Shown in pieces: positions 1-10,346 of a stretch of DNA of 64,000 nt. How positions within the stretch are numbered: the stretch's first letter is position 1; each line of letters starts with the position of its first letter. Under the pieces are notes generated by a model that had not been told where the DNA came from, searched no databases, and saw nothing but the letters and a program-made list of their open reading frames with translations. Position numbers and translations under genes: made by a program. The stretch lies in the IMG/VR virus record IMGVR_UViG_3300042554_000410, positions 1 to 64,000 of that record; one strand, given 5' to 3'. The stretch is from a virus (Duplodnaviria; Caudoviricetes).

Positions 1-145
1 CGCCGTGATGACGCTTGTGTGGTCGATGTGGCTTTACTGGTCTATGATGCTTGAATTGCTTCTGCTTTTCTCCTGAAAAGACAGGAGTAGAAAGTAAAGT
101 TGATGCAGCAAATGCTGCTGCTATAATTGTTATAAATGTTTTCAT
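1..145 (-). CDS. secreted/membrane hypothetical protein, runs off the window edge
   Basis: Manual translation MKTFITIIAAAFAASTLLSTPVFSGEKQKQFKHHRPVKPHRPHKRHHG; signal-peptide-like N-terminus; ATGA overlap with glutaredoxin stop. Confidence 0.55.
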   Translation of the reverse strand, partial: MKTFITIIAAAFAASTLLSTPVFSGEKQKQFKHHRPVKPHRPHKRHHG

Positions 146-396
146 CCTTGTAACCCCATTATTCCTGTGCTTTCGCAGTAATCGGCAAAGTCTTCATATC
201 CACCGATACGCTTACCACGAACAAAGATTTGCGGCAAAGTCAATGGCAGATTTTCAGGAACAAGTTCACGCAATTCTTCGCGGGTAAAATCTGTTCCAAG
301 TTTATACTCTATATATTTCAGATGCAGCTTGTTCATTAGTTCTTTAGATTTGACACACCATGAACAATCATCTTTGGTATAAATTTTAATTTCCAT
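142..396 (-). CDS. nrdC: glutaredoxin
   Basis: CSWC active site, TLPQIF and IGGYEDF motifs. Confidence 0.92.
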   Translation of the reverse strand: MEIKIYTKDDCSWCVKSKELMNKLHLKYIEYKLGTDFTREELRELVPENLPLTLPQIFVRGKRIGGYEDFADYCESTGIMGLQG

Positions 397-569
397 TACT
401 CAGACTCCCAGGAACGATAGTGAAAATATTTTCCACAACTATCTATCTCACTTTGTGGATAGCCATTTTGTACGAGCCAAGAGTTGACATCCTTGATATC
501 ATTAGGAAGAATCTTTGGAAATCCATATCGCCAACCGCCTGGCGGATCAATATAAGTTTTCTTTTTCAT
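396..569 (-). CDS. small hypothetical phage protein (57 aa)
   Basis: Manual translation MKKKTYIDPPGGWRYGFPK...; TAATG coupling on both sides. Confidence 0.65.
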   Translation of the reverse strand: MKKKTYIDPPGGWRYGFPKILPNDIKDVNSWLVQNGYPQSEIDSCGKYFHYRSWESE

Positions 570-712
570 TATACTTCTTCTTCTTTCATTACGATAGCAT
601 TATGTCCACCGATATTTTTGACCCAAAGTATAGCAGCACTTGAACTAGATGTAAAGACCTCAGATTCATACCAATAAGCACCAATGCTATAACGTACAGT
701 AAACTTTTTCAT
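569..712 (-). CDS. small hypothetical protein (47 aa)
   Basis: MKKFTVRYSIGAYWYESEV...; AGGA upstream, coupled to next gene. Confidence 0.55.
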   Translation of the reverse strand: MKKFTVRYSIGAYWYESEVFTSSSSAAILWVKNIGGHNAIVMKEEEV

Positions 713-730
713 TTCTATTCCTCTTTATGT

Positions 731-1090
731 TTACGCATGACCTGCAAATTGGCCATTGCCAGGATAAGCCAATACAGCATCCATTATGTATTCTTGCACA
801 TCGCGGCCGCGATCATCCAAACGCCAGTGGTTACCACGGCGAAGCACCTCGACCAAAGAACGAGCATCATACTCTTCCGGATCCCACTGACCTTCAAGCC
901 CGTAGCAAGAGCAGTGAGAACCATACGCCCAGTAATAGCGATCACCCTGACGATAGATCACGTTGGCGTAACCTTCGTAAGACGGAGTATTATACTCAGC
1001 ATATATTACATCATCAGGCTCAGGCTCATTCATCTCAAACTCACGTTGAACGTCAGCCCAAGATCCAAACTGTTCACGATAAACTTCCAT
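731..1090 (-). CDS. hypothetical phage protein
   Basis: ORF track; YEG...GSHCSCYG motif; tight gene packing. Confidence 0.7.
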   Translation of the reverse strand: MEVYREQFGSWADVQREFEMNEPEPDDVIYAEYNTPSYEGYANVIYRQGDRYYWAYGSHCSCYGLEGQWDPEEYDARSLVEVLRRGNHWRLDDRGRDVQEYIMDAVLAYPGNGQFAGHA

Positions 1091-1273
1091 CTACTTCAAC
1101 TCCATTTCCTGCAAGATATATTCACAAGTTATGACGCCTTCATCACAACCTAGAACTTCATTCATCTCAATAACTTGCAGTTTAGCTTCCTTTTCATCTT
1201 TGAAAGCACCAACAACATCAGACCAAGTTTCAATACCATCACGATAAAGTCGGTATATCAAATAAATATTCAT
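1091..1273 (-). CDS. hypothetical protein
   Basis: ORF track; ATGA overlap with upstream gene. Confidence 0.55.
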   Translation of the reverse strand: MNIYLIYRLYRDGIETWSDVVGAFKDEKEAKLQVIEMNEVLGCDEGVITCEYILQEMELK

Positions 1274-1452
1274 TCTACAACCTCAATTCTATCTTCGGCC
1301 ACCATGTACCAGTCAGGAGCGCGAAGGGCAGTATTCTCAGCATTGACCGCACGAATACGTTCCTTGGCAGCATTGTATGTATCGTAGTCCTCATGCCAAC
1401 GCTCTTGACCCCAGCCGCGTTCAGATTCCAAAAGAAAGATACGATACTTCAT
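1270..1452 (-). CDS. hypothetical protein
   Basis: ORF track; AGGA SD. Confidence 0.6.
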   Translation of the reverse strand: MKYRIFLLESERGWGQERWHEDYDTYNAAKERIRAVNAENTALRAPDWYMVAEDRIEVVE

Positions 1453-1464
1453 TTCCTGTCCTTT

Positions 1465-1827
1465 CTATATCTTACGTCCAATTGTAGCAGGATCAGTACC
1501 TTCTGTCAAGTATTGAACCGCGCCCTTGTTATATGCTGGCGCAACTCGCGTCTTCTTACGCTCAATTTCCTTGATAGTAGCAGCAGATTCCTCACGGTCG
1601 CGCTTCCACTTGTAGTCATCAACAGACCGCTTGAAGCCATTGCCAACACTGTTTGAGAGGGGCGGCAATTTCTTGCGCGGCAACGGCTCAGGCAGATTGA
1701 TCGGCCGTTCTTTGCGTGAACCCTTTAGCACAGACGCGAAATAAGCCTTGCGGTCTTCGCGCAACCGCAGCGTCTTCTTGGACGGTTTCTTACGACCAGA
1801 TGAAGTCTTGGTATATACGAGTGCCAT
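1465..1827 (-). CDS. basic hypothetical protein of T4-like phages
   Basis: C-terminal VAPAYNKGAVQY motif. Confidence 0.7.
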   Translation of the reverse strand: MALVYTKTSSGRKKPSKKTLRLREDRKAYFASVLKGSRKERPINLPEPLPRKKLPPLSNSVGNGFKRSVDDYKWKRDREESAATIKEIERKKTRVAPAYNKGAVQYLTEGTDPATIGRKI

Positions 1828-2147
1828 TAGTCATAGTCCTTCAACATTTCCTGATATGAACCAGGCACAAACATTATACACTCGGACGGTTCATAAAACA
1901 AGATGTAACCGCCAATCCAAGTAGTATTGATGTTCCAGTTTTTTTCGTGCCGATCATAGCGATACATGACCGCCATTACACCCAACCTTCTGAATACTCT
2001 TCCTGCTTAGTCTTGTAATGCTCATGAAGACCCGCCAGAAAGGAATTGATATCTTCAAGCGGTATGTCCATAATACGCTTTTCGGCCGCGACTGTCAAGA
2101 CATATTCTGCCACCAGAACAGGAATCTCGGCATAGGACTCATACGGC

Positions 2148-2438
2148 TTACGCATCGGCTTCCTCTTCCTCATCTTCGTCAACAAAATCGGAATCTTCGT
2201 TATAGTGATCGGCCAGTTCGATCCAGTTAACGCGATGCAAGAACATATTCATAACATCGGCCGCAAAACTGGAATCAGGAATCTTGTCCATTTCCATCTC
2301 GACCACAAATGACTCAAGATCATCGCCGCGAAGTTTCTGTTCCGAAGCCATGTCGGAGAAAACATCGCCGTACCACATAACGACATTCCAGGTTTCGTAG
2401 TTAGACCAACCATTGTAAGACATTATCGCTTTCCCCAT
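2148..2438 (-). CDS. hypothetical phage protein
   Basis: YNGWSNYETW motif common in early phage proteins; acidic tail. Confidence 0.7.
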   Translation of the reverse strand: MGKAIMSYNGWSNYETWNVVMWYGDVFSDMASEQKLRGDDLESFVVEMEMDKIPDSSFAADVMNMFLHRVNWIELADHYNEDSDFVDEDEEEEADA

Positions 2439-2577
2439 GAGATAGACACGACAGAAAAAAGAAGCATTTCGTGCTTCATGGCCTTAGCGATAGCTTCGAC
2501 CATGGACTTGGTTTGATATTCGCGGCGAATAACTCGGCCGTCATCAAACTCGATTTGGTAATAGTAGTTAGGACGCA

Positions 2578-2928
2578 TTAGTGAGTTCCCGTCCAGACAA
2601 CACGACCAGCCCAAGTCTCGGGCTTGTCAATGTAAGCGCGAAGGAAGTTGGTCGCAGGAGCCTTGAAAGTTGCAGCCTTGAGAACAGCGCCCTTAGGGAA
2701 CTTACCGTCCTTGTTACAGATGAAGGAGTGAACAGATTCCGCAACTCCGTTCTTGGTCTTTACAACCTTAATATACTTCGAACCAGGCTGGAAGTCAATA
2801 TCAAACTCAGCAATCATTTGCTGCACATGCGGATCTGAGGCGCGAGAACCCCACCATTTGCGATAGTCGGCCTTGATATGCTCGGCATACTTGTTCAGAA
2901 GGGACACGGGGACGTTGAAACTAGCCAT
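2578..2928 (-). CDS. hypothetical early phage protein
   Basis: Start MASFN after GAGAGG SD; KYIKVV...SVHSFI...G.VLKAA.FKAPA pattern. Confidence 0.7.
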   Translation of the reverse strand: MASFNVPVSLLNKYAEHIKADYRKWWGSRASDPHVQQMIAEFDIDFQPGSKYIKVVKTKNGVAESVHSFICNKDGKFPKGAVLKAATFKAPATNFLRAYIDKPETWAGRVVWTGTH

Positions 2929-2949
2929 TGGAACCTCTCTCTTGTTACT

Positions 2950-3075
2950 CTTATAATATAGTGATGGTACCCGAGAAATACAACACAAAAAAGAGAATAC
3001 CTGCTATGCGGTGGATGCATAGCAGGTTGGCTAAGTTATTGATTTTAATGAGGTTTTGCTAAGTTGTTGATTTTA
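2950..3075 (-). promoter_or_regulatory. sigma70-type promoter with upstream palindrome and two IHF-consensus sites
   Basis: Minus strand TTGTAT-17-TATATT; palindrome cctgctatgc-N7-gcatagcagg at 3000-3026; AATCAAtaacTTA (3032-3044) and AATCAAcaacTTA (3060-3072) match WATCAANNNNTTR. Confidence 0.65.
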
Positions 3076-3333
3076 TTAGGTTTTTATTGTCTTGAGATAC
3101 TGACGAACAAATGCATCGTCCAGTTGCACCCCCAGTTTTTTCAACTGGCGGTATTCTTTTGAATACTCTACGCGAAACATGCGAACCAATCCAGTTTCGC
3201 TTTCATTCCGAAATCCATTCATGGCGTTCAGAAACATTCTTCCCCATGCGGTCATGGTAGGACTCTCCTTGTTATGTTGTGATACACTAATATATAGTAT
3301 CTCGCAGTTGCGAAACAAGATGACAGAATGTCG

Positions 3334-3738
3334 CTACTCTTTGATATGAGAACGATGGACTTTACACATTATCCATTCATTATAAAATTCATTGGGTCTT
3401 TCCAGAACTTCATGCTGCATCTGGAGTTTTGCTTCCCAATAACTGGCCGTTCCTCTTGTCTTGCAGAGTTTTACGATTTCACGACTAAACTTATCTTCGC
3501 CCAATCTATCAACGTCTGCGATGAGTGCCAGATTCGAACCGAAATAAGATTTCCAGTTACTTTCTTTTTGGACTTTCTTTCTTCTCTTTTTGCCTTTGAC
3601 TTTTTGTCTTCTGACAGATGTGAAGATTTTTTTACCAATATATCTCTTGTTATTTTCTAGATTGGTGATGATGTAAACAAATGCTGCATAGCCGACAACT
3701 TCATCATCACCAATCTCTTTACCTTTGTAAGTCCACAT
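3334..3738 (-). CDS. GIY-YIG family endonuclease
   Basis: FVYIITN...RYIGKK and YFGS motifs; C-terminal FYN. Confidence 0.8.
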   Translation of the reverse strand: MWTYKGKEIGDDEVVGYAAFVYIITNLENNKRYIGKKIFTSVRRQKVKGKKRRKKVQKESNWKSYFGSNLALIADVDRLGEDKFSREIVKLCKTRGTASYWEAKLQMQHEVLERPNEFYNEWIMCKVHRSHIKE

Positions 3739-3764
3739 AACACTCTCCTATGAGAGTATGTATG

Positions 3765-4064
3765 CTACTTGTCAGATTGTGCGATGGTAGGATTTCCTGC
3801 CCAATCAGGATATGATGATGACATGTTATCGTATGTTGCACCAACTGCACCATCACTGTATGCTACGGCCGTGTAAGGACATCCTGAAGTGTAACATACT
3901 TGTGCAGACATAAAGACTTTGCCACACTTTGGACAGCCATAATTATTACCAAAAACATAATCATCTAATCTGGTAGTTTTAGGAGCAAGTCTCTTACCTT
4001 CTTCTAGACCAGCAGCGAAACCATCCTTGAATCCCTTTGCATAATCATCACTCATTTTCATCAT
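3765..4064 (-). CDS. hypothetical Cys-containing protein
   Basis: ORF track; CPKC...C...C. Confidence 0.55.
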   Translation of the reverse strand: MMKMSDDYAKGFKDGFAAGLEEGKRLAPKTTRLDDYVFGNNYGCPKCGKVFMSAQVCYTSGCPYTAVAYSDGAVGATYDNMSSSYPDWAGNPTIAQSDK

Positions 4065-4248
4065 CCTCTAAATCAAGTTCGTCTTCATTAAAGCATTCTT
4101 CACCACAGAAGGAACAGAAACGAGGCTGCCCCTGTGTTTCTTCATAGTCGTAAAGCACTTTGTATGATGACTCACAGAAGTTACATTTAATCTTTTCTAC
4201 TTCTTTTGTCATATGTGAATCCTTAGATTTCACAGCCACCAGCGACAC
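4048..4248 (-). CDS. small zinc-ribbon protein (true start probably MTKEV)
   Basis: CNFC...CSFC. Confidence 0.6.
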   Translation of the reverse strand: MSLVAVKSKDSHMTKEVEKIKCNFCESSYKVLYDYEETQGQPRFCSFCGEECFNEDELDLEDDENE

Positions 4249-6157
4249 AAGCCAATTCTTGTGAGCCAGTTGTGCTGTCTCTCTTTTCGTATTTAGCGAG
4301 GTCTGCCCAGTTCACATTCTTAGGCATCTTTGCAAGGAGTGCTTCGTATTCTTCCTTCGTGCAGTCCTGATATGGTGCTTGACGATATACGTGATCGGAG
4401 AAAGGCAAGAATGATACGCCAGACATTTCGTCAAAGTGATCGTAGACCCATGCACCAACTGCTGGCCATTCTTCTTCTTTCACAGAGATAGTAACAGAAG
4501 GCTTATGCTCACACCAATGACGCTGATATGTCAGCCACAGTTCAAGTTGTTCAATAGCAGACATGTCCTTACGGAACACGGCATGTTCAGGCGACTTCTG
4601 CGGGAATGAGAACACATATGTATGTTCAGGCTTCGTCACATCATCTTCAACAGGGAAGCCCATGTCCTTCATCATTACCGCGAGAGGATCTTTTTTATCT
4701 GCTCGTACAGTACGAATATAATAAGGACTATGACGGGCGTGGATACCAGAAGCGGAATCAACGAGTTGAGATACAGTGCCAGAAGGCTTGACACAAGTAA
4801 TAGCAGCACTGACAGGAATATTGAGCTTTGCAGCCCAGAGTTTATTAGTCTTAACAGCTTCTTCACGTAGTCCCTCCAACATATCAGCAACATTAAATAA
4901 TCCAGTAACCTTTGCTGCATGGCCATTTGTGTATTCATTGTCCATGATGCCAGTCAATGACACGCCAAGCAAACGCTCTTCACCACAGTTTTCTTGCCAC
5001 TTCTTACTTAGGTATTTGAAGTTGATGAGTGTTGACTGGAATGTACCAAGTATAGTTGCGAGTTTGACTTTACGCTTGAGACTTTCTGGAGTGTCATCTC
5101 CTCTAACGACAACCTCTGTGAGATTACAGAACTCTCTGGAACGTAGAATGATTTCACTACATGGATTGGTGCCGAAATCGTGATCCGAGTCTCGTCTTCC
5201 AAACTTCTCTGCCTGCTTCTTAGATGCCTGACGGGAGAAGATACCACGCTCACCACTGCGCGACTCATAGAGCGAAAGCCACTCGCGCATGAAGATACCA
5301 ACGTCTGGCTTTTCCTTTGCGACGAATGAGTTATTTGCGAGTGCGCGTTGGACGTTTTCTTTCCACCAGTCACCAGACTTCGCAACGCGCATACGGTCGT
5401 CTGAAAGGTCAGATAGAGAGATAAGAGCGGAACGACGAACACCACCAACAACCACGATCTCGGCAATTTTACATACAATGTCATGGCACTCCAATGTTGA
5501 TAGACGGCGACCAGCAGCCCTCTTAAATGTTGCAACAGTAAACTTAAACAAATCTTCAAGTGGTGCTGGACCAGATGCGCGACCACCAAATGTCTTGAGT
5601 GGTGCACCAGCAGGACGAACCTTTGAAACATCCCAACGCGGCACTTGACCTGCATAAAGAAGATGAATAAGTTCCTTTAATGCTTTTGCCCAACCAAGCT
5701 TTGAGTCGGCCACAAGAATAGTAGTATCTGTATCATGAAAGTCATCTGCAATCACAGGCAGTTGATCTACAAACTTGCTTTCTACAGAAAATCCAACACC
5801 AGTTCCATTCATGAGAATGTAAAGGATTTCATCAAACGAACGAGGAGAATCTACAGCAACATAAGAGCAGTTATAACCAGCCACGTTCTCGCGCTTGAGT
5901 GCTTCACCGGCAGTCATCAAGCAACGCATAGATGGCATGATTTCAAGATTAAGAACAGCATCTTCCAGTTCCTTACGTTCTTCTTTGGTTACAGTATAAC
6001 CTGTAACTTCCTTGACATGCTCATCAAAGAAATTGAAATACCGAGCAACTGTTTCATCCCAGTTCTCTCTACGATTTTCATCCCACAGCCAACGGGCATA
6101 ACGAGACTTGTGAATGAACTCTTGATAGAGTGTCGGTAACATATTACTGCCTGACAT
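4223..6157 (-). CDS. nrdJ: class II (B12-dependent) ribonucleotide reductase
   Basis: GYNC, TNPCSEI, FCNLTE, TCVKPSGTVSQL, C-terminal CVAGGCEI. Confidence 0.95.
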   Translation of the reverse strand: MSGSNMLPTLYQEFIHKSRYARWLWDENRRENWDETVARYFNFFDEHVKEVTGYTVTKEERKELEDAVLNLEIMPSMRCLMTAGEALKRENVAGYNCSYVAVDSPRSFDEILYILMNGTGVGFSVESKFVDQLPVIADDFHDTDTTILVADSKLGWAKALKELIHLLYAGQVPRWDVSKVRPAGAPLKTFGGRASGPAPLEDLFKFTVATFKRAAGRRLSTLECHDIVCKIAEIVVVGGVRRSALISLSDLSDDRMRVAKSGDWWKENVQRALANNSFVAKEKPDVGIFMREWLSLYESRSGERGIFSRQASKKQAEKFGRRDSDHDFGTNPCSEIILRSREFCNLTEVVVRGDDTPESLKRKVKLATILGTFQSTLINFKYLSKKWQENCGEERLLGVSLTGIMDNEYTNGHAAKVTGLFNVADMLEGLREEAVKTNKLWAAKLNIPVSAAITCVKPSGTVSQLVDSASGIHARHSPYYIRTVRADKKDPLAVMMKDMGFPVEDDVTKPEHTYVFSFPQKSPEHAVFRKDMSAIEQLELWLTYQRHWCEHKPSVTISVKEEEWPAVGAWVYDHFDEMSGVSFLPFSDHVYRQAPYQDCTKEEYEALLAKMPKNVNWADLAKYEKRDSTTGSQELACVAGGCEI

Positions 6158-6177
6158 ACGAATAACTCCTAAATTTT

Positions 6178-6888
6178 TTATTGATTATTTTCTAAGACGT
6201 TTTTGAGTGATGGAAATTGTTCAACGATTACATTCCAACATTGTTCTGCGATTAATCTATGTTCCTTCTGCGTTCCGTTCCCCATACGTAGTTCGCAGTA
6301 GTGGATCCATGAACGAAGTGATCCAGACATATACATGCGTGACATAGTGAGACCTTCAGGAAGAACAGACCGAGCAACTTCCTTTGCGATACCATTTTCT
6401 ATGGCCCATTCATATACACGCTGAACGTCTTTCTTGATCTGTTTTTGCATATCATACCAAACATCTGTGATGCCCTGTTCATCATTAGTAATCTCAATGC
6501 TGTTCTGTCGATTCTTCTGATCTTGTAAACGGGCTTCGCGCGGCTCACTCATAACAGTGACGTTAGCATAACGCTGGCTGAACTCTTGAAACGAGAATGA
6601 GCGATGACGAAGGATCTGCCGTGCAATGTCGCGTGTCGTTTCAATTTCCATAACGATATGCACCATCTCAAACGGCGACCAATGCTTATGCTTCACAAGA
6701 TACTTGAGAAGACGTTCGCTGTCTGGATTATCCTGATTAGCAGGATTAGACACACGCGCACAGTATGCAATCAACTCTTCGGCAGTCATAGCCCGTCTCT
6801 CTTCTACAATATCGTTTACCGTACGTATTGTAAACATAGTCGGCTGTGTAACGCCGATCAAAGTCACATCATTCATAATTAAATCCAA
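6178..6888 (-). CDS. thyX: flavin-dependent thymidylate synthase
   Basis: HWSPFE and RHRSFSFQEFSQRY motifs. Confidence 0.96.
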   Translation of the reverse strand: MDLIMNDVTLIGVTQPTMFTIRTVNDIVEERRAMTAEELIAYCARVSNPANQDNPDSERLLKYLVKHKHWSPFEMVHIVMEIETTRDIARQILRHRSFSFQEFSQRYANVTVMSEPREARLQDQKNRQNSIEITNDEQGITDVWYDMQKQIKKDVQRVYEWAIENGIAKEVARSVLPEGLTMSRMYMSGSLRSWIHYCELRMGNGTQKEHRLIAEQCWNVIVEQFPSLKNVLENNQ

Positions 6889-7145
6889 TTCTCATAGGGG
6901 TTAGCAACATAGTTAGAAGGTAACTTAGACACATCAAGTTTGCGGCCGTTCTGCTCAAACATTTCTTCAACAAACTCTAGTGTTACAGGAAAACTGCCGC
7001 CGACTGGAATCTCCGAGTAGATTGAATAATCTTCTGATACCCAAAGAAACACACCGTTCTCTGCAATCTCAATCCATTCAAAAGACTTTTCGTCCATAAA
7101 CTTACGATTAGTAATAAGTCGTGGATTCTTTTTCACTTTTCTCAT
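6879..7145 (-). CDS. hypothetical protein
   Basis: ORF track; coupled overlaps. Confidence 0.55.
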   Translation of the reverse strand: MRKVKKNPRLITNRKFMDEKSFEWIEIAENGVFLWVSEDYSIYSEIPVGGSFPVTLEFVEEMFEQNGRKLDVSKLPSNYVANPYENWI

Positions 7146-8065
7146 AAATTGACTCCACTAAGTTTATTCACATAATCATTCATAACTTTTTCTCCTAAAT
7201 CCACAAAAGAACAGTGAGCACAATTTTTGCCTGTGATTAGATAATTCTTGAGAATATGATTATATAGACGCACATCACCACCATCAATATATAACTCACT
7301 AATATCAACATCATTATCACGCAGAAAACGAACAGAATTAAAAATGTAATCCATGTCCGTATTATGCTCATATTTCAAAACAGATAGTAAATCATCATAC
7401 ATCATTCTATTTGTTTTGGACAAAGAGTATAAGATAGAATACACAGTTCCTATCTTATGATTCAATGAAGATGATCTAAAGATGTCTGCCACATCTGTAA
7501 CTAGTCCATCATATGAAACATCGGTAATGCTTCTTTTGTCCCATATAAAATTCCAGTTGTTTTGAATCATATACGACAAAAGATTTTTCAGTGCGACTGG
7601 ATTGCCGCCGCTCAAATACTTTCTTCTGCCACACAAGTAGTCCACAACAAAATAGTATTGACTATTCGTCTTGTCCCAGTTGACAACCTTTTTGAGTTGC
7701 AAAGAAGATAGTTTGAAGTCTTCAACATTTTCAAGAATACTCAACTCTTTATTGCCACAAGAACCAATAAAGTCTGTAAACTGCGGCTGATACTTCTCTT
7801 CAAATATTCCTTTGAGATTTACAAATTGCTTCTTGACAACTTCAAAACCGAGATAGTTTACATCTGTGTGTCTTATCGTTGTATATTCGTTTGTTGGTTC
7901 CAACATAAAATGAGACACATACGGAATACCTAGACCTTTATAGTATGACTGAGTATTCAGTCCTCTTGAAATTCTTCCGCCAATATATTGTAAAGGTTCT
8001 TCAACTATAAGTTCATTTACTTTGTTGCCGCTAGAGTCCCACACGGATACTAAATTTTCTTCCAT
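7142..8065 (-). CDS. hypothetical protein (AT-rich)
   Basis: 307-aa ORF between primase and thyX. Confidence 0.65.
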   Translation of the reverse strand: MEENLVSVWDSSGNKVNELIVEEPLQYIGGRISRGLNTQSYYKGLGIPYVSHFMLEPTNEYTTIRHTDVNYLGFEVVKKQFVNLKGIFEEKYQPQFTDFIGSCGNKELSILENVEDFKLSSLQLKKVVNWDKTNSQYYFVVDYLCGRRKYLSGGNPVALKNLLSYMIQNNWNFIWDKRSITDVSYDGLVTDVADIFRSSSLNHKIGTVYSILYSLSKTNRMMYDDLLSVLKYEHNTDMDYIFNSVRFLRDNDVDISELYIDGGDVRLYNHILKNYLITGKNCAHCSFVDLGEKVMNDYVNKLSGVNL

Positions 8066-9054
8066 CTTTCGAACTCTAACTTTGCTCTCAAACCTTCAAA
8101 CGTATTTCTATCTATAATACTCTGTATCTCACTGGATGTCGCTCCAGTCAAAATATAGTCGTTTATGTCTTTGGCCTCTATTCCTTGAGGCCAAATAAAA
8201 ATATTTTTACCGTGACTAATTGTCTTCTCCATGTGCTTCACAATAGCAGCATTGCGCGGTTCATTATCATGAATGAACACATAGTCATGATTGCCAAGCA
8301 AAAGAGATACATTATACAATGAAGCATCCATAGTTGCAACTGAATTTTGCAAGAACATACTATCAATCGGACCTTCTACCACATAGATACGCTTATTTGG
8401 ATCAACTTTATTTGCTCCAAATATCTTTGCGTTTTCTTCATCTAGCTTGATTGTAATATACTTGATCTTGCTATCGCCGATTGCACGACCTTGAAATCCT
8501 AGCAATTCATCGTCAACATCATAGAATGGGAAAATGATGCGCTGTTCTTTATAAACAGACTTATCATAATCAGGATGAATTTCTTGCACAAAGTCTGCAA
8601 AGTTTTCAGCATAGTATATATCATTCAACCTATCAGCAGGAATCTTTCTGTTTGTCAGATATACTCTAGCAGGATGATTGTCAGACAAGGAAGATATTGC
8701 TGGCAGATTTATCTTAGTTGAGAATGTTGGCTTCTCACGGGCCATAGAAAAGTCAGGCTTTGCAACGTTACCAGACGATTCGTTCTTGTATCTTTCCAAT
8801 TGATACTCACGATACAAAGATGGATCAATAATCTTGATGAAGTTGCCTAGAGACAGACTTGTTCCGCAATTATGGCAAATATAGAATATGTCCGACTTGC
8901 GGCGATAGAAATAGCCGCGAGCCTTGATTTTGTTCTTGCTGGAATCGCCACAGATTTTGCAGCGACAATTCCACAAGTATTCTGATTTTTGCTTGAAACG
9001 TTCCAGTTTTGGAGAAACTAAGGAAACGAACTTCTTGTCGATGAATAAAGACAT
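8050..9054 (-). CDS. 61: T4 gp61-like DNA primase
   Basis: CKICGDS...CHNC zinc finger; TOPRIM VVEGPIDS and DNEPRN. Confidence 0.95.
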   Translation of the reverse strand: MSLFIDKKFVSLVSPKLERFKQKSEYLWNCRCKICGDSSKNKIKARGYFYRRKSDIFYICHNCGTSLSLGNFIKIIDPSLYREYQLERYKNESSGNVAKPDFSMAREKPTFSTKINLPAISSLSDNHPARVYLTNRKIPADRLNDIYYAENFADFVQEIHPDYDKSVYKEQRIIFPFYDVDDELLGFQGRAIGDSKIKYITIKLDEENAKIFGANKVDPNKRIYVVEGPIDSMFLQNSVATMDASLYNVSLLLGNHDYVFIHDNEPRNAAIVKHMEKTISHGKNIFIWPQGIEAKDINDYILTGATSSEIQSIIDRNTFEGLRAKLEFERWKKI

Positions 9055-9081
9055 AATGCCACCTAATGATACTTAGATGGC

Positions 9082-9109
9082 ATTATAACAGATAGATTTA
9101 GAAAGTCAA
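9082..9109 (-). promoter_or_regulatory. sigma70-type promoter for primase
   Basis: TTGACT-16-TATAAT with TG extension. Confidence 0.6.
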
Positions 9110-9112
9110 CGA

Positions 9113-9322
9113 TTACTTCTTAGTCTTCTTAGATGGTTCTTCCATGCCGGTTACGGCTTTATTTTGAAGTCTCTTAGCCTTCTTATTCCATTTCTTCTGG
9201 CCGAGACGACTGATAATTCCGTCAGCAACTTTTTTAGCATTTCTAGCCATTTTAGCATCATTCGGATCATAATCTTCACGAACTTGCTGTAGTTTGCTGT
9301 AGAAGTTTTCTCTGATATCCAT
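9113..9322 (-). CDS. small basic protein
   Basis: ORF track; GAGG SD. Confidence 0.55.
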   Translation of the reverse strand: MDIRENFYSKLQQVREDYDPNDAKMARNAKKVADGIISRLGQKKWNKKAKRLQNKAVTGMEEPSKKTKK

Positions 9323-9333
9323 TGTAGTTGTCC

Positions 9334-9810
9334 TCAGTCAAACAGTTTGGTAATGTTGATTGCGTTGTTGGCTATCAAGAAAAGAAGGAATGTGATGATA
9401 GCAGCGATTCCGTATTTCCATGTTTCAATTTGACCAAGACGAGTTCCAAATCCTTCGTCTTTCTTAGTCAAGTCTTCTCTAATCTTCTTTAGTTCTTCAA
9501 GGATTTTATTTTCGGTATCTTCAATCTTGTCTGTCAATTCTTTGTTGACTGTATTGATTCTATTGTAAACGTCTTTTATGTTATTCTGCTGTTCCTGTCT
9601 ACGCATTTCCAGTATACCCTGCACTTCATGAGTGATTCGTTCTTGTGTTTCAATCCTCTGCTCTTGCAAAGATACCATACGTGAAAGACTTGATGCAATC
9701 TCCTGCATCTTGTCAATCGTCGTGTCAAATTTATTCAACAATGCTGCCATTGTTGTAACGTCTTTTTTGAGTAGTTCTATCTCAATTCGGTTTTCTTGTT
9801 CTGTATCCAC
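9334..9810 (-). CDS. coiled-coil protein with C-terminal TM helix (lysis-associated?)
   Basis: Heptad-rich body; hydrophobic WKYGIAAIITFLLFLIA. Confidence 0.6.
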   Translation of the reverse strand: MDTEQENRIEIELLKKDVTTMAALLNKFDTTIDKMQEIASSLSRMVSLQEQRIETQERITHEVQGILEMRRQEQQNNIKDVYNRINTVNKELTDKIEDTENKILEELKKIREDLTKKDEGFGTRLGQIETWKYGIAAIITFLLFLIANNAINITKLFD

Positions 9811-9833
9811 GACGATTGACCTTGTTCGTATAT

Positions 9834-10343
9834 TTATTTCTTCTTGTTTGTTGGTGAAACTGTTGTCGCGGTAACCATAACCTGTGGCACTTGACCTTGC
9901 TTTTCCATCACACGACTACCAAACCAGAATGCGATGATTGTTGAAAACAGAGCCATAGTCTCTGCATCCCAAACGGCCTTCAACATTTCTGGTACAGATT
10001 GTCCTGTTGTCAACATGACATATGCTGCTGCCATTTTTACTGCTATGAATACAGTAAAGAATGTGTAAGTTATAACAGGGCGTACAGAAGCGCGGAGTGC
10101 GTTAATAAACTTTCCACCATCAATAGACTTATCATGATCAAGAGCAGATTGTCGAAGCTGACTGTCAGCCCTAACCATCTCAATATTGAAGTCGAGATTG
10201 GCCTGGCGTTCGGCTGCGTCCAGCTTAACCTTAGTGAGTTCAAGTTCATACTTTATCTCCTGCTTACGCTCAAATATTCTCACAATGGAAGGTAACAGAC
10301 TTCCAATGATACCAAAGAGAGGTGATAACAATGCTAAAAACAT
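9834..10343 (-). CDS. putative holin-like membrane protein
   Basis: RASVRPVITY...AFWFGSR pattern of 3TM holin-type proteins; next to endolysin. Confidence 0.6.
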   Translation of the reverse strand: MFLALLSPLFGIIGSLLPSIVRIFERKQEIKYELELTKVKLDAAERQANLDFNIEMVRADSQLRQSALDHDKSIDGGKFINALRASVRPVITYTFFTVFIAVKMAAAYVMLTTGQSVPEMLKAVWDAETMALFSTIIAFWFGSRVMEKQGQVPQVMVTATTVSPTNKKK

Positions 10344-10346
10344 ATT

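Noticed and set aside
4606-6139. Plus-strand and alternative-frame ORFs inside nrdJ (likewise inside gp43, gp41, gmd and the large ORFs)
   Set aside because: Shadow frames of well-supported genes with no recognisable motifs.
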